A stretch of 29,519 nt of DNA from Candidatus Altiarchaeota archaeon. GTDB taxonomy: Archaea; Altiarchaeota; Altiarchaeia; IMC4; QMZM01. Positions 9,483 through 19,178 of the stretch are shown piece after piece; the first letter of the stretch is position 1, and each line of letters starts with the position of its first letter. The stretch lies in assembly GCA_016931955.1 (NCBI GenBank), contig JAFGDV010000004.1, forward strand, positions 1 through 29,519, given 5' to 3'. The position numbers were made by a program, and so were the translations under genes. The notes below the pieces were generated by a model that was not told the DNA's origin, did not search any database, and worked only from the letters and a program-made list of their open reading frames with translations.

Positions 9483-11222
9483 ATGCGGGTTCTTCACACA
9501 TTGGGCGATAAGACCATCTCCAGAAACGTTGAGGAGGATGTCGCCTTCATGCTGGGAAACAAGAAAGGCGGTTATGTCTATTTTTCTACAGGAAAGAAGA
9601 GCAGATACGAGGGCGTGTTCCTGCAACTGAACAAGAGGATGTACAGGGTCATCGCATACATCGGCCTTGAGAAAAAACCAGATAAGATAGTGAACAGGTT
9701 CCACTCAGTTGAGAGACACGTGAATGAGAACAGGGAGAGGTTTATGATGCCCTACAACCTAAACTCGATAGTCTACGAACTGGAGAAGGCTGATTGGATA
9801 AACATCTCGTTGGATGTTAGGGAGTCCTACGACACCTCAGCCCCTGGTTCATATGAGATCCTTGAGAAAGATAAAGCTGTGATAGTGAAATGCAGCAAAG
9901 ACGGTAAAGAATCCTTTGTCTCCATCAAGGCGGAGAGGCCAAAATATGAGCTCTTGGGGGAGTTCAATACAGACTACAATGAAAGAGACATGGAGAGGAA
10001 TTCCCCACCATATGAGATAATCGTACATAAAACATTGAGGGTCAGGTCAAAAAAGCTTGCAGTAGCTTTCTCAGACGACATGGAAACAGCAGTCAATGAG
10101 TCAACTCACGTGCTAAAGAACTTGAAGAGGATCAAAGAGGAACAGGAAAATCATGTGAAAGATCTCATAAAAAAGGAGGCTGTTGGATCAGATGAGACCT
10201 GGATGGCATACAACTGCTGCATCAACTCCCTGGATCAGCTCACCTGCCCTGATGGAATAGTTGCCGGATTCCCATGGTTCTTCCAACCTTGGACGCGGGA
10301 TGAACTGGTGTCTGTAAAGAAGGTAAGAAGCGATCTAGGAAAAAGAATACTCCTCAAGAATCTGGGTTACATCATGGACGACGGCAGGATACCCAACATG
10401 TTGTCTAACACAGAGGTCGTTAATGCTGACAGCATAGGATGGCTCTTCAAGAGAATAGATGAGTCACTACCTATGTTCAACAAAAAAGAGCGCAACCTCC
10501 TCAAAGAAAAATTAATCGAGAGCATAATGCGTCTCAATGAAACCCATGTGAAAGACCTGCTGGTATACAACAAACGAGGAGAGACTTGGATGGATTCATC
10601 CTACGATGATAATGGAAGAGAGGGCGCAAGAATCGAGATACAGGCACTGACGGTCTGCATGTATGGCATGGCATACAGGCTCACACATAACGAGAAATTC
10701 CTGCAGCTGAAGAGATTCTTGATTGAAAAGGTGAGACAGAGATTCTGGGATGGGGGCTACCTGAAGGATGGTTCAGATGATCCTACAATAAGACCCAATG
10801 CATTCATTGCGGCATACCTCTGCCCCACGATCCTAACCATGGATGAGTGGGCGACTTGCTTTGAGATGATCCTACCAAGGCTGTGGTGTGAATGGGGTGG
10901 ACTGTCTTCGATCGATAGAAAACATCCGCTCTACACTGAACGCTCTACTGGGGAGGACACTAAGAGCTATCATCGCGGGGATTCATGGTATTTTCTAAAC
11001 AACATGGCAGCACTTGTACTGCACAGGATTGACCGAAAGAGATTCCTGAAATACATCGGGGACATAGCTGAAGCATCAACAGAAGACATACTATGGAAAG
11101 GAATGATCGGGCACCACTCAGAGATAAGCTCTGCAGCCGAACAAAAGGCCGAAGGCTGCGGCGCCCAGGCATGGAGTGCGGCATTGTATCTTGAAATGAT
11201 AGACGAACTTTTTCTGAATTAG
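9483..11222 (+). CDS. Amylo-alpha-1,6-glucosidase (glycogen debranching enzyme, GH133-like)
   Basis: AGFPWF..WTRD, TWMD, IEIQAL, IRPN, YHRGDSW, QAWS. Confidence 0.88.
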   Translation: MRVLHTLGDKTISRNVEEDVAFMLGNKKGGYVYFSTGKKSRYEGVFLQLNKRMYRVIAYIGLEKKPDKIVNRFHSVERHVNENRERFMMPYNLNSIVYELEKADWINISLDVRESYDTSAPGSYEILEKDKAVIVKCSKDGKESFVSIKAERPKYELLGEFNTDYNERDMERNSPPYEIIVHKTLRVRSKKLAVAFSDDMETAVNESTHVLKNLKRIKEEQENHVKDLIKKEAVGSDETWMAYNCCINSLDQLTCPDGIVAGFPWFFQPWTRDELVSVKKVRSDLGKRILLKNLGYIMDDGRIPNMLSNTEVVNADSIGWLFKRIDESLPMFNKKERNLLKEKLIESIMRLNETHVKDLLVYNKRGETWMDSSYDDNGREGARIEIQALTVCMYGMAYRLTHNEKFLQLKRFLIEKVRQRFWDGGYLKDGSDDPTIRPNAFIAAYLCPTILTMDEWATCFEMILPRLWCEWGGLSSIDRKHPLYTERSTGEDTKSYHRGDSWYFLNNMAALVLHRIDRKRFLKYIGDIAEASTEDILWKGMIGHHSEISSAAEQKAEGCGAQAWSAALYLEMIDELFLN

Positions 11223-11278
11223 TCCGCATTTTTATATACCTCAAGTACGTAATAACTATTCTGACATGCGGTGATTTC

Positions 11279-12109
11279 ATGTACAAGATAATCCGAAAAG
11301 AGGACCTCTCGCCTGTGGTTAAACTCCTTGAGGTCTCAGCACCACTTATCGCGGACAAGGCGCAGCCAGGTCAATTCGTGATCCTCAGATTGGATGAGGA
11401 AGGTGAGAGGATTCCTCTGACGATAGCGGACTTTGACAGAGAGAAGGGGACTATCACGGTAATCTTCCTCGAGGTCGGGAAGACAACCACACAGCTGGGG
11501 AAGATGGTGGAAGGCGACAAGATACTGAATCTCATAGGGCCGCTTGGAAATCCGTCGGAGATGGAAGACTTCGGAACAGTGGTCTGCATCGGCGGTGGAG
11601 TAGGCGTCGCCCCACTCTATCCTATCGCCAGGGCACTGAAGGAGAGCGGCAATACTGTGATATCCATTATCGGGGCGAGGTGCAAGGACCTGTTGATTCT
11701 GGAGGATGAGATGCGTGAAGTAAGTGATGAACTCTACATAACGACCGATGATGGTTCTGTGGGGCATCACGGCTTTGTATCTGATATACTCAAGAGGCTG
11801 ATAGAAGAGGGCAGAATAATAGACAGGGTCATTGCCATAGGGCCTCTCATAATGATGAAGGTCGTCGTCGGTGTAACAAAACCGTATGATATAAAGACTA
11901 TAGTCAGCCTGAATCCTATAATGGTCGATGGAACGGGGATGTGCGGCAGTTGCAGGGTCATCGTCGGCGGAGAAGTGAGGTTCGCATGCGTCGACGGCCC
12001 GGAATTTGATGGACACCTTGTTGATTTCGATAACCTGATGAAGAGAAACACCAGATTCCTTGAAGAAGAGGCTAAGAGCGTGGAGGAATACAAGAGAAGA
12101 TGCCGGTGA
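11279..12109 (+). CDS. nfnA: Electron-bifurcating NADH-dependent ferredoxin:NADP+ oxidoreductase small subunit (NfnA/SudB)
   Basis: PGQFVI, ERIPLT, GPLG, GGGVG, DGTGMCGSCR...CVDGPEF [2Fe-2S] motif. Confidence 0.92.
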   Translation: MYKIIRKEDLSPVVKLLEVSAPLIADKAQPGQFVILRLDEEGERIPLTIADFDREKGTITVIFLEVGKTTTQLGKMVEGDKILNLIGPLGNPSEMEDFGTVVCIGGGVGVAPLYPIARALKESGNTVISIIGARCKDLLILEDEMREVSDELYITTDDGSVGHHGFVSDILKRLIEEGRIIDRVIAIGPLIMMKVVVGVTKPYDIKTIVSLNPIMVDGTGMCGSCRVIVGGEVRFACVDGPEFDGHLVDFDNLMKRNTRFLEEEAKSVEEYKRRCR

Positions 12110-13482
12110 AAAAGACCAGGCAGAAGATGCGGGAGCAGGATCCAAAGGAGAGGATCAAGAACTTCAGGGAGGTCCCATTAGGCTATACAAGAGAGCAAGC
12201 CATCGAGGAGGCGAAGAGATGCCTTCACTGCAAGGATCCGCCGTGTATGAAGGGCTGTCCCGTTGGAATAGAAATACCCCGATTCATAAAACACATAGCT
12301 GATGGAGAATTCGATAAAGCCATAGCAGCCATAAAGGAGAAGAACGCCCTGCCGGCGGTGACTGGGAGGGTCTGCCCCCACGAGATACAGTGCGAGGGTC
12401 AATGCACCATGGGTAAGTTAGGGGAACCCATAGCCATTGGGAGGCTTGAGCGCTTCGTAGCGGACCTCGAGCGAGATAAAGGCTCCAAGATCCCGGAAAG
12501 GATGAAGCCCACAGGTAAGAAGGTTGCAGTAGTCGGCTCCGGACCGGCGAGCCTCACATGCGCAAGCCATCTTGCAATGAAGGGACACAAGGTTATAGTA
12601 TTCGAGGCCCTCAGCGAGGCAGGCGGTGTTCTCCGCTATGGTATCCCTGAATTCAGGCTCCCAAAAAAGATACTCGACGAAGAGCTGAACTATGTGAAAA
12701 AACTCGGCGTCGAGGTAAGAGCAGACACGCTCATAGGGAAGACCATGACCCTGAAAGAATTGCAGAAAGAATATGATGCAGTCTTCATTGGAACAGGGGC
12801 CGGGCTTCCGATGTGGATGGGGGTTCTGGGAGAGAACCTCTGCGGTATATACTCAGCTAACGAGTTCCTGACGAGGGTCAACCTCATGAAAGCCTACAGG
12901 TTCCCAGAATACGACACCCCAGTCAGGATCGGGGAAAGGGTCGCAACCATCGGCGCAGGAAATGTTGCAATGGACTGCGCGAGAACAGCCCTTCGCCTGG
13001 GGGCGAAGGAATCATATATAATCTACAGAAGATCAGAGGAGGAGGCTCCCGCGAGGAGGGAGGAGATAGTGCATGCTAGGGAAGAAGGTGTAGTCTTCAA
13101 GTTCCTGACCCAGTCAGTGAGATACATCGGCGACGAACACTGCTGCGTGAAGGCGATGGAGTGCATTAGGATGGAGCTTGGGGAGCCTGATAAGTCTGGG
13201 AGGAGGAGTCCTGTTCCAGTGGAGGGCTCAGAGTTTGTCATGGATGTGGACACCGTTATTGTCGCAATAGGTCAGAGACCCAATCCATTGCTTACTCGAG
13301 CAGATAAGCGACTTGAAGTAACAAGCCATGGAACCATCAAGGCGGACGAAGACGGCAGAACCTCGATCCCAGGAGTATTCGCGGGAGGCGATATCACAAC
13401 CGGCGCAGCTACTGTGATACTTGCCATGGGTGCGGGGCAGAGGGCTGCCAAGGCAATCGATGAGTACCTAAAAAATGCATGA
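12100..13482 (+). CDS. nfnB: NfnB/SudA large subunit (GltD-like FAD/[4Fe-4S] protein)
   Basis: RCLHCKDPPCMKGCP, GRVCPHEIQCEGQC, GSGPA, YGIPEFRLP, GAGNVAMD, FAGGD; overlaps nfnA. Confidence 0.92.
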   Translation: MPVKKTRQKMREQDPKERIKNFREVPLGYTREQAIEEAKRCLHCKDPPCMKGCPVGIEIPRFIKHIADGEFDKAIAAIKEKNALPAVTGRVCPHEIQCEGQCTMGKLGEPIAIGRLERFVADLERDKGSKIPERMKPTGKKVAVVGSGPASLTCASHLAMKGHKVIVFEALSEAGGVLRYGIPEFRLPKKILDEELNYVKKLGVEVRADTLIGKTMTLKELQKEYDAVFIGTGAGLPMWMGVLGENLCGIYSANEFLTRVNLMKAYRFPEYDTPVRIGERVATIGAGNVAMDCARTALRLGAKESYIIYRRSEEEAPARREEIVHAREEGVVFKFLTQSVRYIGDEHCCVKAMECIRMELGEPDKSGRRSPVPVEGSEFVMDVDTVIVAIGQRPNPLLTRADKRLEVTSHGTIKADEDGRTSIPGVFAGGDITTGAATVILAMGAGQRAAKAIDEYLKNA

Positions 13483-14398
13483 CGTAATCATCATCGGAGG
13501 GGGGCCGGCAGGGCTTTCCGCCGGCATATATGCTGTGCGTAGGGGCCTTTCAACCCTCATCCTCGAGAAGAAGATCCTCGGCGGCCAGTTACCCTTCGTA
13601 AGGGAGGTAGAGAACTATCCTGGATTCAAGAGCATCCTTGGGAAGGAGCTAGCAGACAGGATGGTAGAACAGGTGAAACAGCTTGGTGTGGAATTCCTTG
13701 TGGGAGAGATGGAGGACATGAACCTTAAAGGAGAGATTAAGTCGATAAAGACCAAAGAGGGCGAGCACGCATGTAGAGCAGTAATAATCGCAACAGGCGG
13801 TGAATACCAGAAGCTTGGAGTAAGCGGAGAGAAGGAATTCACTGGAAGGGGGGTAAGTTATTGTCCAACATGTGATGCGCCCTTCTTCAGGGACAAGATC
13901 GTTGCGGTGGTCGGCGGCGGAAACAGGGCAGTAAGTGACGCACTCTACCTGTCAGATGTGGCAAAGGAGGTCTACCTGATACATAGGAGAGACAAGCTGC
14001 GCGCTGAGCAAGCAAGTCAGGAGAAGCTTAAGGAGAAGGGCGTGAAGCCCATCCTAAACGCAGTGGTTGAGGAATTTCACGGCGACGTGATGCTTAAGTC
14101 GATCAGGATAAAGGACGTGGAAACAGGCATACCTGCGGTGTTGAATGTTCAAGGCGTGTTCATCTCTGTGGGAACCATACCCCACACAGAAGTCGAGAAA
14201 AAAAACGGGGTCGCAGTCGATGAAAAGGGTTTCATCAAAGTGGATAGGAATCAGAAAACAAACATATCTGGGGTATATGCAGCCGGCGACGTTACCGGTG
14301 GAGTGATGCAGATCTCCACAGCAGTGGGTGAAGGATGTGTTGCAGCGTTATCAGCATACGAGCACATAAGAGAGCCCTACTGGAAGAAAAAGGGTTAA
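13475..14398 (+). CDS. trxB: Thioredoxin reductase
   Basis: GGGPAG, ENYPG, GVSYCPTCD redox CxxC, GGGN, HRRD, YAAGD. Confidence 0.93.
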   Translation: MHDVIIIGGGPAGLSAGIYAVRRGLSTLILEKKILGGQLPFVREVENYPGFKSILGKELADRMVEQVKQLGVEFLVGEMEDMNLKGEIKSIKTKEGEHACRAVIIATGGEYQKLGVSGEKEFTGRGVSYCPTCDAPFFRDKIVAVVGGGNRAVSDALYLSDVAKEVYLIHRRDKLRAEQASQEKLKEKGVKPILNAVVEEFHGDVMLKSIRIKDVETGIPAVLNVQGVFISVGTIPHTEVEKKNGVAVDEKGFIKVDRNQKTNISGVYAAGDVTGGVMQISTAVGEGCVAALSAYEHIREPYWKKKG

Positions 14399-14550
14399 AA
14401 GATGCTGTCGCGTCTCCAGTTCCTGTTCGATTTGGGGCTGTCCCTCACCTTCCGATTGGTTTTCGCGAAAACCCATATCGGTGCCCTCTTCCTCGTCTTG
14501 TTCTCCTTGATCAGGATGCCCTTCTTGGATTCTGACTTAACTCGCGCCAT
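14395..14550 (-). CDS. rpl39e: 50S ribosomal protein L39e (51 aa, absent from the ORF track)
   Basis: Manual translation MARVKSESKKGILIKENKTRKRAPIWVFAKTNRKVRDSPKSNRNWRRDSIF*; P.WV..KT.R and NWRR signatures; AGGAG RBS upstream. Confidence 0.9.
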   Translation of the reverse strand: MARVKSESKKGILIKENKTRKRAPIWVFAKTNRKVRDSPKSNRNWRRDSIF

Positions 14551-14592
14551 TTTATCTCCTCTGAATTAAAAATAGAGAATGCAGGTTAAAAT

Positions 14593-15528
14593 ATGGAGAC
14601 ATTTTGTCCGAAATGCGGTAGAAAGGGAAGGGGCCTATGTGTTGAATGCTTCCTTGAAGAACATCCTATAGGGTTAAAACCAGTGAGGCTTTCCCTCTGC
14701 GGTTGTGGGAACTTCATGTACGGAAAAAGCTGGCTGAAGAACGTGAGAGAATCCATCCACGGTATCGTCGAAAGAAACCTCGAGCTTTCGGAGGGAATAA
14801 ACATCAAAGACTTGAAGGTAAATCCCGAGTTCAAGGAGGACAGGATCGATCTCATGATCCAGGTTAAGGGGGAATATAATGGAGAGACGTTCACTGAAGT
14901 TTTTCCTTCAAGGGTGAGGGTGTCTAAGGCGGTATGTCCCGAATGCAACAAGCTGAGGTCTGGCTACTATGAGGCTATACTGCAGCTGCGGACGAAGAAG
15001 AAGCCTGAAATAGAAGTCGACTCAAATTTTGTTTCTAATGTGGAAAAAGTCCGTGGCGGCTTTGACCTATACCTGACCTCCCTACAGTATGCTAGACAAC
15101 TGAAGAAAATCTTCCGTGAGAGGGGTTTCTCCGTCAACGAGTCCTCTAAGCTTTATGGCATGAAGGATGGGAAAAATGTTTACAGGGTTTCGATAGCCGT
15201 GAAGGAGCCGCACTTTTCGGGAGGGGATTTCATAGAATATGGAGGCGATATCCTTAAGGTGGTGAGGATGGGCAAGAAGATACTCTGCAGAGACGTTGGA
15301 ACAAGAAAGGATAGGGTGATCAATGTTGACAAAGCAGCTCAATCCAGGGTAGTCGCCCACAAATCCGACCTAAGGGATGGTATTGTTACCATGGTTTCTC
15401 CCTCAGAGGTTCAGGTCCTTGATCTAGAAAGTAATGAAACGCATGAACTGAGAAACGAAGGACTGAATCTGGAGCCCGGCCAAGAGATCAATATCCTCAA
15501 GGTAGGTAAGAAGGTCTACATCTTGTGA
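14593..15528 (+). CDS. NMD3-family ribosome biogenesis protein
   Basis: FCPKCG..LCVEC, CPEC...SGYYEAILQLR, KVRGGFDLYL, KLYG..DGK..YR, C-terminal OB-like region. Confidence 0.88.
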   Translation: METFCPKCGRKGRGLCVECFLEEHPIGLKPVRLSLCGCGNFMYGKSWLKNVRESIHGIVERNLELSEGINIKDLKVNPEFKEDRIDLMIQVKGEYNGETFTEVFPSRVRVSKAVCPECNKLRSGYYEAILQLRTKKKPEIEVDSNFVSNVEKVRGGFDLYLTSLQYARQLKKIFRERGFSVNESSKLYGMKDGKNVYRVSIAVKEPHFSGGDFIEYGGDILKVVRMGKKILCRDVGTRKDRVINVDKAAQSRVVAHKSDLRDGIVTMVSPSEVQVLDLESNETHELRNEGLNLEPGQEINILKVGKKVYIL

Positions 15529-16865
15529 ATGTAGCCCAGGTGTTGTAACACTAGGTCGACTTGTTTGACTGCCGTTCCAACGTATTTCTCCGGATTCAAA
15601 GCCGAATCAAGCTCGTCCGCTGTAACGTATTTGACGATTTTGGAGTTCTTTATCAGCACATCCCTTAAAGGCACGCCATTCTGTGAACTCTTCATCGAAC
15701 ACTCCCTCAACAACTCATGAGCTTCCTGGCGGCCCATACCCTTCTTTGTCAGCAGAATCATCACGGACTCGGCCATGATCCTACCCTGCGACAGGTGGAG
15801 GTTATCCTCTATGTTCTTGTAGTCGAATACCAGGTTCCTGAAGAGATCAATGCTGAGGTTCAGGATATAGTCAGTGAGGATGCATGCTTCTGGAATGATC
15901 ATCCTCTCACAGGAGGAATTCGTGAGGTCGCGTTCATGCCACAAAGGGATGTTCTCTAATGCAACTATGGCGTCTGCTTTAATGACCCGAGACAAACCGC
16001 AGATTCTCTCAGAGTATATGGGATTCCTTTTGTGGGGCATCGTAGATGAACCAACCTGTTTCCTCTCAAATGCCTCAGATACCTCAGCTATCTCCGTCCT
16101 CTGCAGGTTACGAATCTCTGTCCCGATCTTATTCAATGTCTCAGCTATTAACGCCAGATTGAAAAGGAATTCAGCGTGCCGGTCTCTCTGGATCACCTGA
16201 TTGGAGACTAGGACTGAATTCAGACCCAGATCTTTCATGACATACTTTTGTATCCTGATAGCGTTCTTGCCTAAGGCGGCCTGTGTTCCCACAGCCCCAG
16301 TCATCTGGCCTACCAGGATCCTCTTCTGGCATTCTTTCACCCTGTCAATGTGTCTCTGCACCTCAGCCGCCCAGATAGCGAACTTCAGTCCATAGGTTGT
16401 GGGCACAGAATGTTGACCGTGTGTCCTGCCAACACAGATTAAGTGTTTGTTTTTTTCGGCTAATTCAATCAAAGTCTTCCTTAGTTTCCTCAAGTCCTTG
16501 AATAAAAACTCTAGGAACTTCTTGATCTGTAAAGCAAGCGCTGTATCCGTTATATCATTACTTGTGGCGCCGAGGTGCACATACCTCCCAGCGTTACCGC
16601 ATTGTTCAGTCAGTGCTTTAACGACAGCCATCACGTCGTGGTTGATCTCCTCCTCAAACTCCTTAACCCTACCAATCCTCACGTATTTTGTGTTAGCTTT
16701 CTCCTCTATCTTGTCCGCAGCAGCCTCAGGTATATCCCCAACCGCCGCCTGGGCGCGGGCGAGCGCAGCCTCCACATCAAGTATCTTCTGCAGACGGTAT
16801 TCTTCGTCGAAGATCTGCCTCACCACCTGCCTCCCATACCTTTTCTCTATTGGGTGAACAGCCAT
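15516..16865 (-). CDS. purB: Adenylosuccinate lyase
   Basis: HDVMA, HLGATSND, GRTHGQH, GAVGT, GSSTMPHKRNP, HERDLTNS. Confidence 0.96.
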   Translation of the reverse strand: MAVHPIEKRYGRQVVRQIFDEEYRLQKILDVEAALARAQAAVGDIPEAAADKIEEKANTKYVRIGRVKEFEEEINHDVMAVVKALTEQCGNAGRYVHLGATSNDITDTALALQIKKFLEFLFKDLRKLRKTLIELAEKNKHLICVGRTHGQHSVPTTYGLKFAIWAAEVQRHIDRVKECQKRILVGQMTGAVGTQAALGKNAIRIQKYVMKDLGLNSVLVSNQVIQRDRHAEFLFNLALIAETLNKIGTEIRNLQRTEIAEVSEAFERKQVGSSTMPHKRNPIYSERICGLSRVIKADAIVALENIPLWHERDLTNSSCERMIIPEACILTDYILNLSIDLFRNLVFDYKNIEDNLHLSQGRIMAESVMILLTKKGMGRQEAHELLRECSMKSSQNGVPLRDVLIKNSKIVKYVTADELDSALNPEKYVGTAVKQVDLVLQHLGYIHKM

Positions 16866-16866
16866 T

Positions 16867-17244
16867 TTACCTCTTTTTTTTCATTGAATAGGCGATGTCT
16901 ATATAATATACTCCGTCTTTGACTTTCACAACCAATGGGTCTCCTTTCATCAAGGACGCAATATCCAATCTATACCTGCCTTCATCCAGCCTCAGCAGGT
17001 TCTCCACATCGAGGTGAATCGTCTTATCCGTTTTCTTTAATTCTTCGCCGAATCTATCATCCAGCCACCGGAGATCCTTTTTATCTAGTCTCTGATTCTT
17101 TAATTCATTGATCGCTTCTCTCCTGGACATGTCCTCCTTCTCCCGCAGGAAGAGGAAAACCCTGGCTCCGCAACCGCAGCCGTTGATCAGTTCAGGGGCG
17201 TTGTCTTCATATATCTTATTGCAGCGCGCACATTTATGTGGCAT
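16867..17244 (-). CDS. oapC: OapC/ArvC (DUF2072) Zn-ribbon protein
   Basis: MPHKCARC...GCGCGARVF, G.Y..DI repeats; third gene of the GTPase operon. Confidence 0.85.
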   Translation of the reverse strand: MPHKCARCNKIYEDNAPELINGCGCGARVFLFLREKEDMSRREAINELKNQRLDKKDLRWLDDRFGEELKKTDKTIHLDVENLLRLDEGRYRLDIASLMKGDPLVVKVKDGVYYIDIAYSMKKKR

Positions 17245-17250
17245 CTTACC

Positions 17251-17616
17251 TCATTTTTCTTTTTCCTTCTCGGCGAAGAGCAGTATCTTCTGAGGCTCTT
17301 TCTTCAGCTTTTTTATGAGCTTCGACGGTCCTATGACTGTTAAACCCCCGACTCTTCCGCCAAGCATCCTTATGAGTTTTTGCCGGATACCACCCTCAAT
17401 CTTCTCCTTCAAGGTGGATATCTCAATGCCCCTGAATTTATCATCTATTGCAGCCATAGTCTCCTCGATCAGCATGGTCTCCTCTAAGGTTGTAAGGCTT
17501 TCCTCTAAGACAAGGATCTTATCCCTCTTTATCTTCTTGAGGATGAACCTTATCTTCTCCTCCTTTTCCCTGTTATACAGGGCATCCGAAGATATGAACT
17601 CGATCTCTATCCCCAT
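17251..17616 (-). CDS. oapB: OapB/ArvB (DUF2073) protein
   Basis: EKIRFIL, ILVLEE.L...EE..LIE.TM, F.GIEI, GLTVIGP; operon context. Confidence 0.85.
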   Translation of the reverse strand: MGIEIEFISSDALYNREKEEKIRFILKKIKRDKILVLEESLTTLEETMLIEETMAAIDDKFRGIEISTLKEKIEGGIRQKLIRMLGGRVGGLTVIGPSKLIKKLKKEPQKILLFAEKEKEK

Positions 17617-17620
17617 CCTA

Positions 17621-18250
17621 TTACCTCGAATGTTTTGCTATCGTATCATAGAGTTCCTCAAGGTGTTTGCCTTTAAGCCCTGACACCTTGACTACGGGAT
17701 GCTGCGGGAAGGCCTCCTGTATCTGTTCAGGTTTAGCATCCTCCAAATCGATCTTATTGGCTATTATGATCACGGGAATACCCCTTGCTTCCAGGTTCCC
17801 GATTATTGTGATGTTCACCTGAGTGTAAGGATCCTTCGTGGAATCCATGACGACCAATGCTGTGTCAACGTTCTCAAGCCATTTTATGGCCTCAATAACC
17901 CCCTTCGTGGCTTCCTTAGCCCTCTGCTTCGCCTCCTCAACCGTCAGGCCGTGGCTGAGAAAATCCTCGTAGTCGATTTTCGTTGCAATCCCCGGCATAT
18001 CCAATAGATTCATGATAAGTTTCTTACCCCTGCTCTGGATCACGACACGCTCTTTTTTCTGCACCTCACGTGTCTCATGAGGGATCTCTGAGACGGTGCC
18101 GACTGGCTCTCCAGTCCAATCCATAGAAATCTTGTTCGCCAGAGTGGTCTTACCAGCATTCGGCGGTCCATAGAATCCCAACCGAATGATCTTTCGTCCG
18201 CCGAACATCCGCTTGAACCAACCGACCAGACGTCTCCAAGGCACAGTCAA
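17621..18250 (-). CDS. oapA: OapA/ArvA Era-like small GTPase
   Basis: GPPNAGKTTLAN, IPHETR, DMPG, DPYTQVN, NKID. Confidence 0.9.
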   Translation of the reverse strand: MTVPWRRLVGWFKRMFGGRKIIRLGFYGPPNAGKTTLANKISMDWTGEPVGTVSEIPHETREVQKKERVVIQSRGKKLIMNLLDMPGIATKIDYEDFLSHGLTVEEAKQRAKEATKGVIEAIKWLENVDTALVVMDSTKDPYTQVNITIIGNLEARGIPVIIIANKIDLEDAKPEQIQEAFPQHPVVKVSGLKGKHLEELYDTIAKHSR

Positions 18251-18365
18251 TCACCTGTTATGAATTTGTTTTTAATCATGAAATATAAAGTATTAAGTCA
18301 GCATTGGTATTATATCCCCGCCTGGAGATGTGAACATGTTTTGAATCCTTAAAGGGGGTGATCTT

Positions 18366-18971
18366 ATGGGCTACTACAAGTACGTCAAGGAAGCATATGA
18401 GGGCATAAGAGATAAGATAAAGCATCCTGAAAACAAGGACATGAGGGACCTGATTTTTGAGAGGAAACTGGATTGGCGTCGCGGCCCTTCTGTCGCACGC
18501 GTTGAAAAGCCGACCCGAATCGACAGAGCAAGACAATACGGCTACAAGGCTAAGCAGGGATTCATAGTCGCCAGAGTACGCGTCAGAAGAGGCGGCATGA
18601 GGAAGAGCCGCCCGACGAGGGGGCGCAAACCCAAGAGGATGGGAGTGAACAAGATCACGCCCGCTAAATCCATTCAACGCATCGGCGAGGAGAGAACACA
18701 GAGGCGGTTCCCGAACCTGGAGGTCTTAGGCTCCTACTGGCTCTGGGAGGACGGACAATACAAGTGGTATGAAGTAGTCCTAGTGGACCCCAGTCATCCC
18801 TCCATAGAGAGCGACAAGGAAGTGAACTGGATCTGCGGTTCACAGCATAGGCGCCGAGTATTCCGCGGATTAACCCCAGCAGGCAAAAAAGGCCGCGGCC
18901 TACTTAACAAAGGCAAGGGCGCGGAGAAGGTGAGACCCAGCCTAAGAGCAAAAGGGAGAAGAGCCAAATAA
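18366..18971 (+). CDS. rpl15e: 50S ribosomal protein L15e
   Basis: [46 protein letters not shown]. Confidence 0.97.
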   Translation: MGYYKYVKEAYEGIRDKIKHPENKDMRDLIFERKLDWRRGPSVARVEKPTRIDRARQYGYKAKQGFIVARVRVRRGGMRKSRPTRGRKPKRMGVNKITPAKSIQRIGEERTQRRFPNLEVLGSYWLWEDGQYKWYEVVLVDPSHPSIESDKEVNWICGSQHRRRVFRGLTPAGKKGRGLLNKGKGAEKVRPSLRAKGRRAK

Positions 18972-18998
18972 ATCTTTTCAATCCCCATTTTTTATTAA

Positions 18999-19178
18999 AG
19001 GTTGCCTCGCAGCCCTTTTCTTTGCGAAAGAAAAGCGCTGTCAGCAAAACAGCGTTGCTGTCTTGTCTGAGTCGAGACCATGAAGTGTTTCGCTCAGCGG
19101 AAAAGAAAGAGGAATTCGCCTTACGGCGAATTCAGTTTTGATCAACCTTTTACGAAAAGGTTGTGACAGGTTGCCTCG
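18999..19178. repeat. Palindrome-rich MITE/REP-like segment flanked by 11-bp direct repeats AGGTTGCCTCG (18999-19009, 19168-19178)
   Basis: Hairpins at 19010-19040, 19042-19060, 19112-19133, 19143-19163 read directly. Confidence 0.65.

Noticed and set aside
11336-12145. 269-aa minus-strand ORF and other long antisense ORFs (e.g. 7984-8472, 21699-22253, 18276-18677)
   Set aside because: Shadow frames of well-supported genes with no recognisable motifs.
12100-13482. Glutamate synthase small subunit
   Set aside because: Coupled to an NfnA-type gene with no GltB; better explained as NfnB/SudA.
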